Source: Octopus vulgaris (taxonomy: Eukaryota). From it: a stretch of 64,000 bases of DNA. The DNA is taken from contig OX597824.1 of the NCBI GenBank assembly GCA_951406725.2, forward strand, positions 73,098,001 to 73,162,000, given 5' to 3'. Below are positions 13,160 to 24,699 of this stretch, in pieces; position 1 is the first letter of the stretch; each line of letters starts with the position of its first letter. A program made the position numbers and the translations under genes. The notes under the pieces were generated by a model. The model was not told the DNA's origin. It did not search any database and saw only the letters and a program-made list of their open reading frames with translations.

Positions 13160-14590
13160 TCAGAAGCAATGAACACCAGTACAAATAACCACAAGACACG
13201 AGCAAAACAAAGCAAAAATTCTGTTTTTAAGGAAGCTGAAAAATACAAGAAAGATGTCATAGTGCTTGAGGACTATGAAGAAAAAAGAGTAAGCAACAAA
13301 ATCTGTAAAACAACTGAAATCCAAACTGAAACTAGAACAGCAAAACACCATAGAACGATTGCAAGAAAAGCCCTTACAAGGCAAATACTGGGATAAGCTA
13401 AACAGAAGAGAAATAGGCTGAGTAAAATTTCAACAGATGTAGGAGTGGCTGTGTGCTAAGTAGCTTGCTTACGAATTGCATGGTTCTGGGTTCAGTCCCA
13501 CTGCGTGGCACCTTGGCCAAGTGTCTTCTACTATAGTCTCGAGCCGACCAAAGCCTTGTGAGTAGATTTGGTAGGCGGAAACTGAAAGAATATATATGTG
13601 TGTGTGTGTGTGTGAGTGTGTTTGTGTGCCTATGGTTGTCTCCCAACATCGCTTGAAAACCGATGCTGGTGTGTTTACGTCCCCGTAACTTAGCGGTTCA
13701 GCAAAATAGCCCGATAGAATAAGTACTAGGCTTACAAAGAATAAGTCTTGGGGGCGATTTGCTCTACAAAAGGCGGTGCTCCAGCATGGCCAGTCAAATG
13801 ACTGAAACAAGTAAAAGAGTAAAAAGAGTAAAAGAGTGGTTAAGAAGCTCAGTACTCAAAGCAGAGACTGACGGATTTTTAATTGCAGCTCAAGATGAAA
13901 GCCTTCTCACAAGAAGCCACCAGAAGCACGTAGTGAGCAAAAATACAAGTTACTGCAAAATATGTGGTGAAGAAACAATAAATCATATTGTCTTTGGTTG
14001 CCCAGTCCTGGCTAGGAAGCAATATATCTACAGACATTACCTATATACACTGGAAGTTATGCCAACACTATTGAGTAACAACAGTAAAAAGATGGTAAAG
14101 GCACACCTCAGAAAAGGTCTCAGAAAATGACAAAACAACCATACTCTGGGACATGCCAATATATACAGACGGATATAGTTGTCAGAAATCAAAAATATAA
14201 TGCCTTCTTATAGATGTATCACTCCCAACAGAAGACACTGTGTCAGAGAAACTTTCAAAATACAAAGATCAGGAAACAGAGATAACACCATTGTGGAGCC
14301 TAAAAGCAGAAACAATCCCTATTATAATAGGTGCATTATGTATGATTAAGAACATAGAAATACATAGCCAAAACATCAGGAGTTACGAATAAAGAAAATA
14401 GCACTACTAGACGCTACATACAAAAAATAACACTACTAGGCACCGCACATATTCTACGTAAAAGACTTTTAATACAGTGAAAATAAGAGCACCAAAACAA
14501 ACCACAGCACGTACCTAAGACACACAGAGCTGCGATCGGTAGTGCAATGAAAGCACATGATAAAAATAAAACTACTGAATAAAAATAATA
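13160..14590 (+). mobile_element. R4/Dong-like non-LTR retrotransposon, 3' part (RLE endonuclease), degraded
   Basis: EKPLQGKYW, WLRSSVLKAETDGFLIAAQD, CCHC knuckle CKICGEETINHIVFGC, ILWDMPI..LLIDVS..EKLSKYKD..IPIIIGAL. Interrupted by a SINE. Confidence 0.85.
13437..13836 (+). mobile_element. SINE family A inserted in the Dong-like element
   Basis: Family A sequence splits the LINE reading frame. Confidence 0.9.
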
Positions 14591-14625
14591 AGCAAAAAAC
14601 GGGTATGGTGTTCAGTGTTTTATAG

Positions 14626-14714
14626 AACATACACACGTTTCAACAAAGTGCCGAAATAATTACATAACACTGGTAGAGACATTATGTAATCATGCACTCT
14701 ACCTCATCAGTGTC
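14626..14714 (-). ncRNA. Type I hammerhead ribozyme motif with long helix II
   Basis: gaca-CTGATGA-ggtagagtgc...gcactttgtt-GAAAC-gtgt-GTA-tgtt, with an inner atgattacataa/ttatgtaattat hairpin. Lies downstream of a possible Penelope-type C-terminal remnant (ALYLINLPAINT, about 14830-14870). Confidence 0.65.
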
Positions 14715-14888
14715 TGGCAAATAATCGATGTCAAAGCACTAAGCATATAAACTTTTCCTTGCTATACAAATAAACAATACTGCATGTAACATACAATAGC
14801 AGGGAACAGACTGGAGATTTAAAATCGATTGTTGTGTTTATTGCAGGGAGATTGATGAGATAAAGTGCATGGTTTACAGAATGTTTCA

Positions 14889-15081
14889 GCTGGAATAAAC
14901 GTTAGCACGCCGGGCGAAATGCTTAGTTGTATTTCGTCTGTCTTTACGTTCTGAGTTCAAATTCCACCGAGATCGACTTTGCCTTTCATCCTTTCGGGGT
15001 CGATAAATTAAGTACCAGTTGTGTACTGGGGTCAATCTAATCGACTGCCCCTCGGGCCTTGTGCCTACAGTAGAAAAGAAA
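14889..15081 (+). mobile_element. SINE family B, short form
   Basis: 11-bp TSD agaatgtttca at 14878-14888 and 15082-15092. Confidence 0.9.
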
Positions 15082-15177
15082 AGAATGTTTCATCTACTGT
15101 TATGCACTTATTTTGACATTTTGCTGAAACTCGTGTACATCTTATAAATCATGGAACACCGCACGTGTTTTCTGCTT

Positions 15178-15402
15178 ATGTAGCGCAGCTCTGTGTGCCT
15201 TAGGTGTGGTTTGTTATGGTGCTCTTATTTTCACTGTATTTAAAAGTACTTTACGTAGGATATGTGCGGTGCCTAGTAGTACTATTTTCTGTATGTAGCG
15301 TCTGGTAGTACTATTTTCTGTATTCGCAAGTCTTGATATTTTTTGGTTATGCATTTCTACGTTCTTAATCATACCTGATGCACCTATTATTATAGGGATT
15401 TC
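15178..15402 (-). mobile_element. R4/Dong-like 3' fragment
   Basis: IPIIIGASGMIK...QKIVLLGTAHILRKVL; same 3' UTR as 14460-14540. Confidence 0.8.
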
Positions 15403-16020
15403 TATATGTGTATGGATGTCTGTATGTCTTTCTATATGTGTATGTCTGTCTGTATATTTATGCATGTGTAAGCTCTTGCAGTGTTTGGATGCATGTCCTG
15501 TATATGTGTGAGAGCGTGTGTATGCGTGTGTGCATGTGTGTGAGTGCGTATGTATGTGTGAGAGAGAGTGTGTGTATGTGTGATAGATAAAGAGAGAGAG
15601 TCTGTGTGTGATAGCGAAAAGGCGAGAGTGTATGTGTGTGAGTATGTGTGTGTGTGAAAGAGTATGTGTGCATGTGTGTATGTGTGTGTGAGAGAGAGAG
15701 TGTGTATGTGTGTATGTGTTTGTGTGTGTGTGTATGTGTGAGAGAGAATGTGTATGTGTGTGATAGAGAAAGAGAGAGTGTGTGTGTGTGATAGAGAAAA
15801 GGAGAGGGTGTGTGTGTGTATGTGTTTGTGTGTGTGTGTATGTGTGAGAGAGAATGCGTATGTGTGTGATAGAGAAAGAGAGAGTGTGTGTGTGTGATAG
15901 AGAAAAGGAGAGAGTGTGTGTGTGAGTATGCGCGTGTGTGTGAGAGATAGTATGTGTGCATGTGTGTATGTGTGTGTGAGAGAGTGTGTGTGTGTGTGAC
16001 TGTACATACGTGTGCATACA
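15403..16020. repeat. Degenerate (TG/AG)n compound microsatellite with higher-order units of about 120 bp
   Basis: Recurrent gtgatagagaaa(a)gagag and tgtatgtgtttgtgtgtgtgtgtatgtgtgagagagaatg blocks. Confidence 0.85.
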
Positions 16021-16829
16021 TGCCATAAGTAAACCGTGGGGCAGCAGTTAAGACTTTGTAGGGTAAAAAAAATAAATACACAGCCAGACAAAACACAAAA
16101 ACAAAAGCATTTTTATTTAAATTCCAAAATAGGGAAAATATATTGCGAGTGAGAGGAGTCAATCGCTTCAGTAATGAAATTCAGCAAATGTCCATTCGTT
16201 TGATTCTGCTGACTATAAAAAAATATATATATATATATACCACACAGAGAGAACATTGGAACTAACTTATCGATTGAGTCAGAGATAGTTTTTAGATTAT
16301 TATCATTACACGATAAAACCCGGATAATGTTGTTTTTATTTATTTATTTATTTTTATTTATTTTTATTTATTCATTCACTCATTTGTTTATTTATTTATA
16401 GCATACTGCGAGATAAAAAAAAAAAAAACGGATGTTCGGTTCTACCATTGCTGATATTAATTTTAATCGATCATGTTGGTGGCTGTTCGTTATTTGAGAT
16501 CTCAATTATGGTTTTGGTTTCTCTCTTCTCTCTTTTTTTTGTTTTTATCACATACGAAAATACGCGACACTACCAAGATTTTGTATCGGTGAACAAATAC
16601 ACACGCAGCAAGATACAATTTTATTACATAGCAGCAGCAGCAGGGTACGATAAATAGTTAGTGAGATACAATAAGTTCGCTTATAGATAGCAGAAAATAA
16701 TAAATATATTAAATGGCGGCCAGATACAATAAATACGTAATTCGGTTGCGGAATACAACGAATATATTAAATAGCAATTGGGTGCAATAATTTTCCAAAC
16801 AGGCGGCAGAAACAGGTATTTTAGATAGT

Positions 16830-17947
16830 AGCTGAAAGGATACAGGAAATCCTTAAATAGACAGCAGGATACAAGCATTAATTCTCAGGCTTTGTAGAAA
16901 GATGAGAGGTGACATGGCATGACCTTCGTTACTCACCAGCAGAGATGCTTGAAACTTAGCACGCATCATTCTAGGGATATCAGAAGGATCTGCTGACAAA
17001 TCATCTGTCATTTTTTCTGCTAAAATTTCAGAATTTGTTGGAATTTTTCTCTATAGAGAAGAACCAAAGCATGCTATATTCGTGAGGGACAAGGCGGCGA
17101 GCTGGCAAAACCGTTAGCACACCGGGTGAAATGCGTAGCCGTATTTCGTCTGCCGTTACGTTCTGAGTTCAAATTCCGCCGAGGTCGACTTTGCCTTTCA
17201 TCCTTTCAGGGTCGATAAATTAAGTACCAGTTACGCACTGGGGTCGATGTAATCTACTTAATCCCTTTGTCTGTCCTTGTTTGTTCTCTCTGTGTTTAGC
17301 CCCTTGTGGGTAGTAAAGAAATAGGTATTTCGTCTGTCTTTACATTCTGAGTTCAAATTCCGCCGAGGTTGACTTTGCCTTTCATCCTTTCTGGGTCGAT
17401 AAATTAAGTACCAGTTACGCACTTGGGGTCGATGTAATCTACTTAATCCCTTTGTCTGTCCTTGTTTGTCCCCTCGATGTTTAGCCCCTTGTGGGCAGTA
17501 AAGAAATATATATTCGTGAGGGATTTTAACCTTGTTAAGTAACCGCTTGTCACAGATCAGATGGATCTCCTATGTCTTTGCAGGCATGAATCAGTCTCTA
17601 CTCAGTACATACGAATTGTATCGAATGTCGTTATGTACCACAGTTCTCATAGTTAACTCCAATATTTGAAGTTCTTTGGTGATGGCCCTTATTGATTTTC
17701 TATGATCATCATCGATAATGTTTTGAGTCAGATGAATGCACTACGATGTCCTTGTAGTGCCCGAATTCTTAGAATTTTTTTCATTTTCTCTTTGATACAG
17801 TCGAAACATTTCCACCAGACGCTTCCAATTCCATCCAAACTTTGTATACAAAAGATCTTTCAACATTTAGGAAGTTGACAATTTCTAAATCTCCGTATAC
17901 CGCATATGTAACAACAATGTTCCTTGTGTTAACATTTTATCTGCCAT
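16830..17947 (-). pseudogene. Degenerate Tc1/mariner (maT/DD37D-like) transposase
   Basis: DLEIVNFLNVERSFVYKVWMELEASGGNVSTVSKRK...IIDDDHRKSIRAITKELQI...VHNDIRYNSY...KRLLNKVKIPHE...MLWFFSIEKN (cf. FFSDEKNF). Many stops; split by a SINE. Confidence 0.75.
17090..17508 (+). mobile_element. SINE family B, dimeric form
   Basis: 15-bp TSD tatattcgtgaggga at 17075-17089 and 17509-17523. Confidence 0.92.
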
Positions 17948-17984
17948 GAAAGATCTGAAATTTAAAAATAAAATCCTTTAATAT

Positions 17985-18395
17985 AGGCGCAGGAGTGGCT
18001 GTGTGGTAAGTAGCTTGCTTACCAACCACATGGTTCTGGGTTCAGTCCCACTACGTGGCACCTCGGGCAAATGTCTTCTACTATAGCCTCGGGCCGACCA
18101 AAGCCTTGTGAGTGGATTTGGTAGATAGAAACTGAAAGAAGCCCGTCGTATATATGTATGTATATATATATGTATGTGTATATGTTTGCGTATCTGTGTT
18201 TGTACCCCCAACATCGCTTGACAACCGATGCTGGTGTGTTTACTTCCCCGTAAGTTAGCGGTTCAGCAAAAGAGTCCGATAGAATAAGTACTAGGCTTAC
18301 AAAGTCCTGGGGTTGATTTGCTCGACAAAAGGCGGTGCTCCAGCATGGCCGTAATCCAAGTGACTGAAGGAAAGTAAAAGACAAAAAGATAAAAG
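17985..18395 (+). mobile_element. SINE family A, full length
   Basis: Matches family A end to end. Confidence 0.9.
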
Positions 18396-18429
18396 ATATG
18401 TACATATAAGTACACACTCTCAGGCCAGT

Positions 18430-18698
18430 GAAGGCGCATGGCACAGTGGTTAGAGCGTCGAGCTTACGATCGTGAGGTTGTGAGCTCGAATCCTGGACCG
18501 GGCTGTGTGTTGTGTTCTTGAGCAAGACACTTTATTTCACGTTGCTCCAGTTCACTCAGCTGTAGAAATGAAATTCATAGTTGGTGTCCAGCGTGCTGGT
18601 AGGCTACTGAGAGTGAGGCACCGCTTAGCCTTTGTTAAAGCATGTCTCTAAGAGAAGGCCACACTGATATAAAACCGGATATAGCATTGGACATTGGA
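18430..18698 (+). mobile_element. tRNA-derived SINE with gttcttgagcaagacactt core and an RTE-5'UTR-like segment
   Basis: Head shared with 56050-56376. tagcctttgttaaagcatgtctctaagagaagg resembles tagcctttgttagggcatcattctaggagaagg near 61915. Confidence 0.75.
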
Positions 18699-20242
18699 CG
18701 TATGGCTCACCACTTCATCCTACGTGGATACCCCCTCACCACTATCCACACCGCCCTTGCCAGAGCACGTTCCGTAGACCGTGCATCTGCTCTCTCTCCC
18801 CGAACCCACCCTGTAACTCCCGCCTCCCTTTTCCCCTCACTTACCACCCCACGACCCTACCTCTCCAACGCACCATTCTTCGAGCTTTCCGGCATCTCCA
18901 GTCCGACCCGTCCACTTCACACCTCTTCCCCAACCGACCCCTCCCCTCTTTCAAACGAGCCCATAACCTACGAGACCTTTTGGTCCATAGCTCCTTCCCT
19001 GACCCTACCTCCCAACCTGGCTCGTTCCCCTGCTCCCGCCCACGTTGCTGCACTTGCCCTTACCTCTCCAACACCACCCTCCTCACTGGCACGCATCATC
19101 GACCCTATCGCATCATCAACTCCTTCACCTGCACCTCCAGCAATATCATCTATTGCGTCTCTTGCTCTCTCTGCCATTCCCTGTACATCGGACAAACGGG
19201 ACGCCGCTTGGCTGACCGGTTCGCGGAACACCTCCGTGACATCCGCCTTGCCAACGACACACCGGTCTCACCCCTTTTCGGCTCCACCGGTCACTCCTTG
19301 CAACACCTTTCTGTGTTCGGTTTGTCCTTGCAGAGGCCATCCGGATTCCCGTTTGCGCCGTGAACAAGAATTAATCTTCTCTCTTCGCTCTTTTACGCCA
19401 TTTGGTCTCAACTCTCCCCCCTCCTCGTCTAACCCCCTCTCCCCCCTCCTCATCTAACCTCCCCCCGACCCCTACTTCTCTTCAGTCCTTCATCCTTTCA
19501 CCCCTACTCCTCTTCCTTTCTTCCCTCTTTCTTCTTCCCTCTTCCCCTTCCCTCTTTCTCTCTGCTCTCTCACTCCCCTTCTCTCTCTCTCCCCTCTCCC
19601 TCTATCCTCCCTCCTCCTCTCCCCTCCTCTTATCCTCTCCTTCCTTCTCCCCCTTCCCCCTCCTCTTATCCCCTTTCCGTCTCCCCTCTTCTCCCCTTTC
19701 CTTCTCCCCCCCCCCTCATCTCTCCTCTCTCTCCCCATTACCCCCCTCTTCCCCTCTTCCCCTCATCTCCTCTCTCTACACTATACCATACGACTGTACA
19801 CATCACCCCCTCCTCTTCCCCTCTCCCCTCATCTCCTCTCTCTACACTACACCATACGACTTTACACATCACATCATATATACATACACACGTCCAGACC
19901 TCTCATACGCACTACATACTCTCTCATACACACACACACTCTTATGTTGGGGCGAGGTCATTTAACCCTATTATCTCCCCTAATTTCGCTCTTGCGTCTC
20001 ACGTTTGATCTTTGACTTCTGGCCGAAATCAGATCGCCATGTTGATTCGCTAGCCTCTGCACGCATTTTTTTCTCTCCTTGTTTCTTTCTGTGTTTCTTT
20101 TCTGTGTATCTTTCTGTTGAAGAGCGTAGGCTCCAAACGTAAAAGACTTGTTTTATTTATATTCCTGAGCGCCATACTAATACACTTGTTTGTTTGTATT
20201 CCACCTGCCTTCGTCTTTTGTCTATTTTCATAAAGCTTCCCG

Positions 20243-20245
<3 letters not shown>
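18699..20245 (+). mobile_element. Penelope-like element, 5'-truncated: RT C-terminus, GIY-YIG endonuclease, pyrimidine-rich 3' region, terminal hammerhead-like repeat
   Basis: HFILRGYP..., PLTYHP...FKRAHNLRDLLVHS, CSRPRCCTC, FTCTSSNIIYCVSCSLCHSLYIGQTGRRLADRFAEH, RLRREQELIFSLRSFTPFGLN; two frameshifts. Confidence 0.9.
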
Positions 20246-20299
<54 letters not shown>

Positions 20300-20304
<5 letters not shown>

Positions 20305-20508
20305 CACAATGGAACAAGAATGCAAAACATCCGGACAACTAGGTGATACAAAAAAAAGGGACAACAAAACGTCCAGATTGACCGTACAAAAAAACAAACA
20401 AGGACGGGTCATTCGAAGCTTTCTATTCTCAGTCAAGAACCGGATCATCCTCGCAATTTCGGATGATTAATCTTGAGATTGCTCCAATCTGGCCATCCCC
20501 AAGGAAAA
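20300..20508 (-). mobile_element. Short repeat (same family as 33900-34150) carrying a permuted hammerhead-like motif
   Basis: Shares ccagat..atctcaag..ccgaaat..cttgactga..gaatgacccgtcc with 33955-34045. Confidence 0.65.
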
Positions 20509-20573
20509 TATATGTATGTTTGCGTGCATGTATGTGTGTGTGTTTGCGTACATGCGTACGTGCGTGTGTGTGT

Positions 20574-20604
<31 letters not shown>

Positions 20605-21091
20605 TTAAAGTGCTTAGCCGTCGCTCGGAAGCGATACTGAGATTGTAGAAAGGACCATGCTTTCACTAATTGCTTTAGTGAGGAGTAAACGTAAACATTC
20701 TCTCGGGTTTCCCAACTAAGCATCGAGAATATAACAACCAGCGGGAGAAAAAGCTGTAACAGCAACTGGTTGGTACTTATTTTCAGTAGAATGAACTGGA
20801 GTAAAGTGGAATATGCCTTGTCCAAGTACACAACGTGCCGACCGGTCTAGTATCGAACTCAGGACGTTATAATCGTGAACCCAGTAGCCTAATCACAATG
20901 CTAAGCGCTTTCATACACACTCACGCAGCGTGCGTGCCTCTCTTTTCTCTCTTTGTCTCTCTTTCTCTCTCTGTCCATACACACACACACACACACACAC
21001 ACAGACTCTGTTCACATTTGGAGCATCTTTGATAATACATCTGCCTTGTCAGAGCTGACCTAGTGCTAAACAACTAAAGCAGCAACAGCAA

Positions 21092-21448
21092 GCGGAGGCG
21101 CAATGGCCCAATGGTTAGGGCAGCGGACTCATAGTTGGAGGATCGCGGTTTCGATTCCCAGGCCGGGCGTTGTGTGTGTTTATTGAGCGAAAACACCTAA
21201 AGCTCCACGAGTCTCCGGCAGGGGGTGGTGGCGATCCCTGTTGTACTCTTTCTCTCACTTTTTCTTCCTGTTTCTTGTCCCCGACTTCCTACGCAACCGC
21301 TGAGCCCGTATGCGCATTCATCCATCCGTCGATGCTCTCGGTGTCGGGGGTTGACCTGCTTTCTCTTCTGCGGGTCTTACGAATAGCAAAGGACCACGTT
21401 TCGGACTTCTTCCACTTGGACGAAGACCGCTTCGCTCAACAAACAAAC
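21092..21448 (+). mobile_element. SINE family C with an alternative tail
   Basis: 15-bp TSD aagcagcaacagcaa at 21077-21091 and 21449-21463. Confidence 0.9.
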
Positions 21449-21899
21449 AAGCAGCAACAGCAACAAAATGCTACCTCAAATCCCTGTATTTTCCTTATGC
21501 TATCTCAAGCCTAACGTTCACTCGTGAAGTAAACTGTATTTTAAGCAAATTGTAAGTTAATTCAGATTTCGTGGAAGACACTTGCATAAATTTAACTCTT
21601 TCAACGAGCTACCTAGGATTAGTTTATAATGAAACGTAGACAAATCTTGGAAAATCGAAAATTTCCATTGGAAAATGTCAAGCGATATCAGTCTCTCATC
21701 TCGACACAAATAAATCACAAATGAATAGATTCCAGCCATTGTCTTTCGGCATCTTGCAAAGGAGATAATCGCATACAGAAGAGTCATAACTACATGGAAA
21801 ATGTTCGGCTTGACTGCCGTTCCAGGCTGATGAAGTTTCTGTGAAGTATTAACTGTTTATTAAAAAAGCATTTGACTTTGTATACATATTTAATCATAT

Positions 21900-22830
21900 C
21901 ATATATAGACTCCTGCCCAATCAACTTAATCCAATACCGGAGACGCACCTACATAAATAGCAGTCTGGTTTTCAACCTTCCAGAGTCACAGTTGATATGA
22001 CCTTCTGCGGTTTCTATATAGAGAAGAAACGATTTGAGCAACACAACTGTTGTACATGGCTTTCGTAGACTTTACCACGACATTGGATTCTGTATATCTG
22101 GAAGATCAATGGGAAGTGTTAACCAAACTTGACACCCTACGAAAATATTCATCGCAAGCAATGATTTCGGATCTAGTCTTTTTCGTTCGCAAAATGAGCC
22201 TCCTTTAATTTTGCTCAGATGGCTTTCAATACAGAGTTTTTCCAATCTTTAAACCTCTGTAACTCTTTCCTCTAATTTTTTTCTCCACAACATCATACCT
22301 TTATAGCAATGAGACTGGAAGACTACATTATTATAGCCGATTTTCAGGTTTTTTACTCCCTTTTAAAAATGCATATTTTGTGAATGAAAAAAAACTAGAT
22401 CCATGATTTCTGCACATCCTAATGAAATCCAAAATGCGGTGCCAGTGTTCAACCTTCAACAACAAAACAGCTTTAAATGAGACATGTAGTTAGATAGGGA
22501 TGCGTAATCACCTGCAGCACACTTTCCTAGCTTCCGTTCAGGCATGCGCGAGTTTACTTTGAGCAAACACCTACAAGGTATCTAAATCTCATCCAACAGA
22601 GATTGCAAGTTATTCGAACCTGGCAGACGGCTACATAGCTAACTACAGACAATTGCTGACGCTTTGACTGGCGAATATGAAAGCTTGAGTTTCACTCTCA
22701 ACGTATGTAAAACTCAGATCTTCCATCAGTAAACACTCAACAAGTAGGACCTTGTTTCTATAATTTGGACATATGGACATTTAGTGGAAAACTAGAGCAT
22801 ATCCAATATTTGGATAATCATATATTACAG
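21900..22830 (+). pseudogene. Degenerate RTE-like reverse transcriptase relic
   Basis: QSGFQPSRVTVDMTF...LYMAFVDFTTTLDSV..WEVLTKL; LQTIADALTGEYESLSFTLNVCKTQIFHQ; EHIQYLDNHI (cf. FPYLGSHL). Confidence 0.7.
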
Positions 22831-23693
22831 GCGTTATATATGCAGGAGGTCAAACGCTGGATAAAATGCGCCAGTGAATTGCACACAAAAAACACTCACA
22901 CACACATACAATAGTTAACATCACAAACACACACACACACACACACACAAACATACACACATACACAAAAAAGAAAACATTACAAAAACACACACACACA
23001 CACAACTCTGGACACTTTTTGGTTATCTCATCCCCATTAAAAATTGCCATTAAAAAACTGGGTTATCTCCCCACTAAAAAATTGAGTTTATGTGGCAACA
23101 AAAGATTGGATTAAAAGGGTTAGATCCTTTTGATTCAATACTTCAACACACATTATTGGCGTTTGGCCTCCACAATAGACATGGTATGATTTATTATAAT
23201 AATGTTGTTTGATTCAATAATAACTTTAATTTTTTCAATTTTCATATTCAGTTTTATGTTTGCCATTAAAATATTATCAGATTCAATAAGATGTTTTATC
23301 TTTCCACTTTTCATGTTTATTAATTTTTTCATTTTTTGTTGTTGTTTTTATTATATTGAGGGTTAAACAATTTTATTAGTTGAGGGAGATTACCAAAAGT
23401 ACCGATATTTCTCGTAAAACGGGGGAGACAACAAAAAAGTACCGAACTCTGTACACACACACATACACACACACATACACACACAAACACATACACACAG
23501 ACACACACACACAAACACACATACACACAGGGGAAACACTAAAAAGAATACATCTAACCCAAAGAAAAATCCTAATTCTTTTTTCAACAAGAGAAATTCT
23601 TCACAGCATACACACCCATCAACTTACAGATGGTCATTTTTCAAAACATATTGAAAGGACATTCAACACACACTACACACACACACATACACA

Positions 23694-23761
<68 letters not shown>

Positions 23762-24699
23762 GGTGGACATAAAACCCATTCAATAAATGCTTTTTAGCTA
23801 CTCCCTTGACAAGAACACACACAGATTTCTTTTAGATCATGCGTCGGCAACCTATGGCAAGCATGCCATGTGTGGCATGCGGACCAATTCACTATGGTAC
23901 ACACGACTCTTGGCAAAAAATAAACGTAAATTTTTGTTTATAACTATATTTCAGGAAGCGATATCATAATAATTATATTACATCCTTACATGTCTTTTTT
24001 TATGATCCATCTATTCTAACCTAAACTATCTGAGGTTAGCTGTATTTGGTAGTATTACACTTCCTTAAAATTATAGTTGTAGTGAACACAAATAATTTTG
24101 ATGATATCAAATTATAAATGTTACCACGGTTAACTTGTTCCTTGTAAGCTGGCGCTGAAAGCATTTAAATGTACTTTATCACTTAAGCCAGGAGCTTAAG
24201 CTGCAAACGCCCATTTTTTAAAATCAAAAATTAGTTAACCACTTTACAGCAGCCAGTCTAAATAAGGGAACTCTTTAAAAAGGGCTCCTACTTTGCGAAT
24301 CATCTACAAGTAGACTCTTTTAAAATTATCTCATTTTGAGGCCAGTTTTATATTAAATGGAAAGAAAAAGCGGTAGTGAGAAGGGTTTTCAAAGACAAAC
24401 AAACATGAAAAGTCCAAATTTATACTTATTTTCTTTGGTTTCAATTTCTTTTTTGTGAGTCAAGTTGTCTGATTTTTTTAGTGTATATCTTTTTTTTCTG
24501 TTTATTCTTACCATTTATTTTAATCGAATTATTTTTATTACTACGAAAATTTATTCATAAAATTCATTTCAATAAAACGATTTTTTATTATTCATTTAAT
24601 TCTAATTATATTTTTAGTTATTTTAATATTTATTTGTAAAATCTGATTTAAGGTTTTCTACACCTGCTAATATTAATTGTCAATATATAGTGCCGCAAG

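Noticed and set aside
18430-18500. tRNA-like sequences (also at 4010-4079, 21092, 40430, 54010 and 56300)
   Set aside because: They are SINE heads: no acceptor stem closure, and they continue into SINE bodies, several with TSDs.
19402-19965. 187-aa Pro/Ser/Leu-rich ORF
   Set aside because: Translation of the polypyrimidine 3' region of the Penelope-like element.
21826-21850. CTGATGA (also near 5474, and CTGAAGA near 44671)
   Set aside because: No properly placed GAAA or NUH and no supporting helices.
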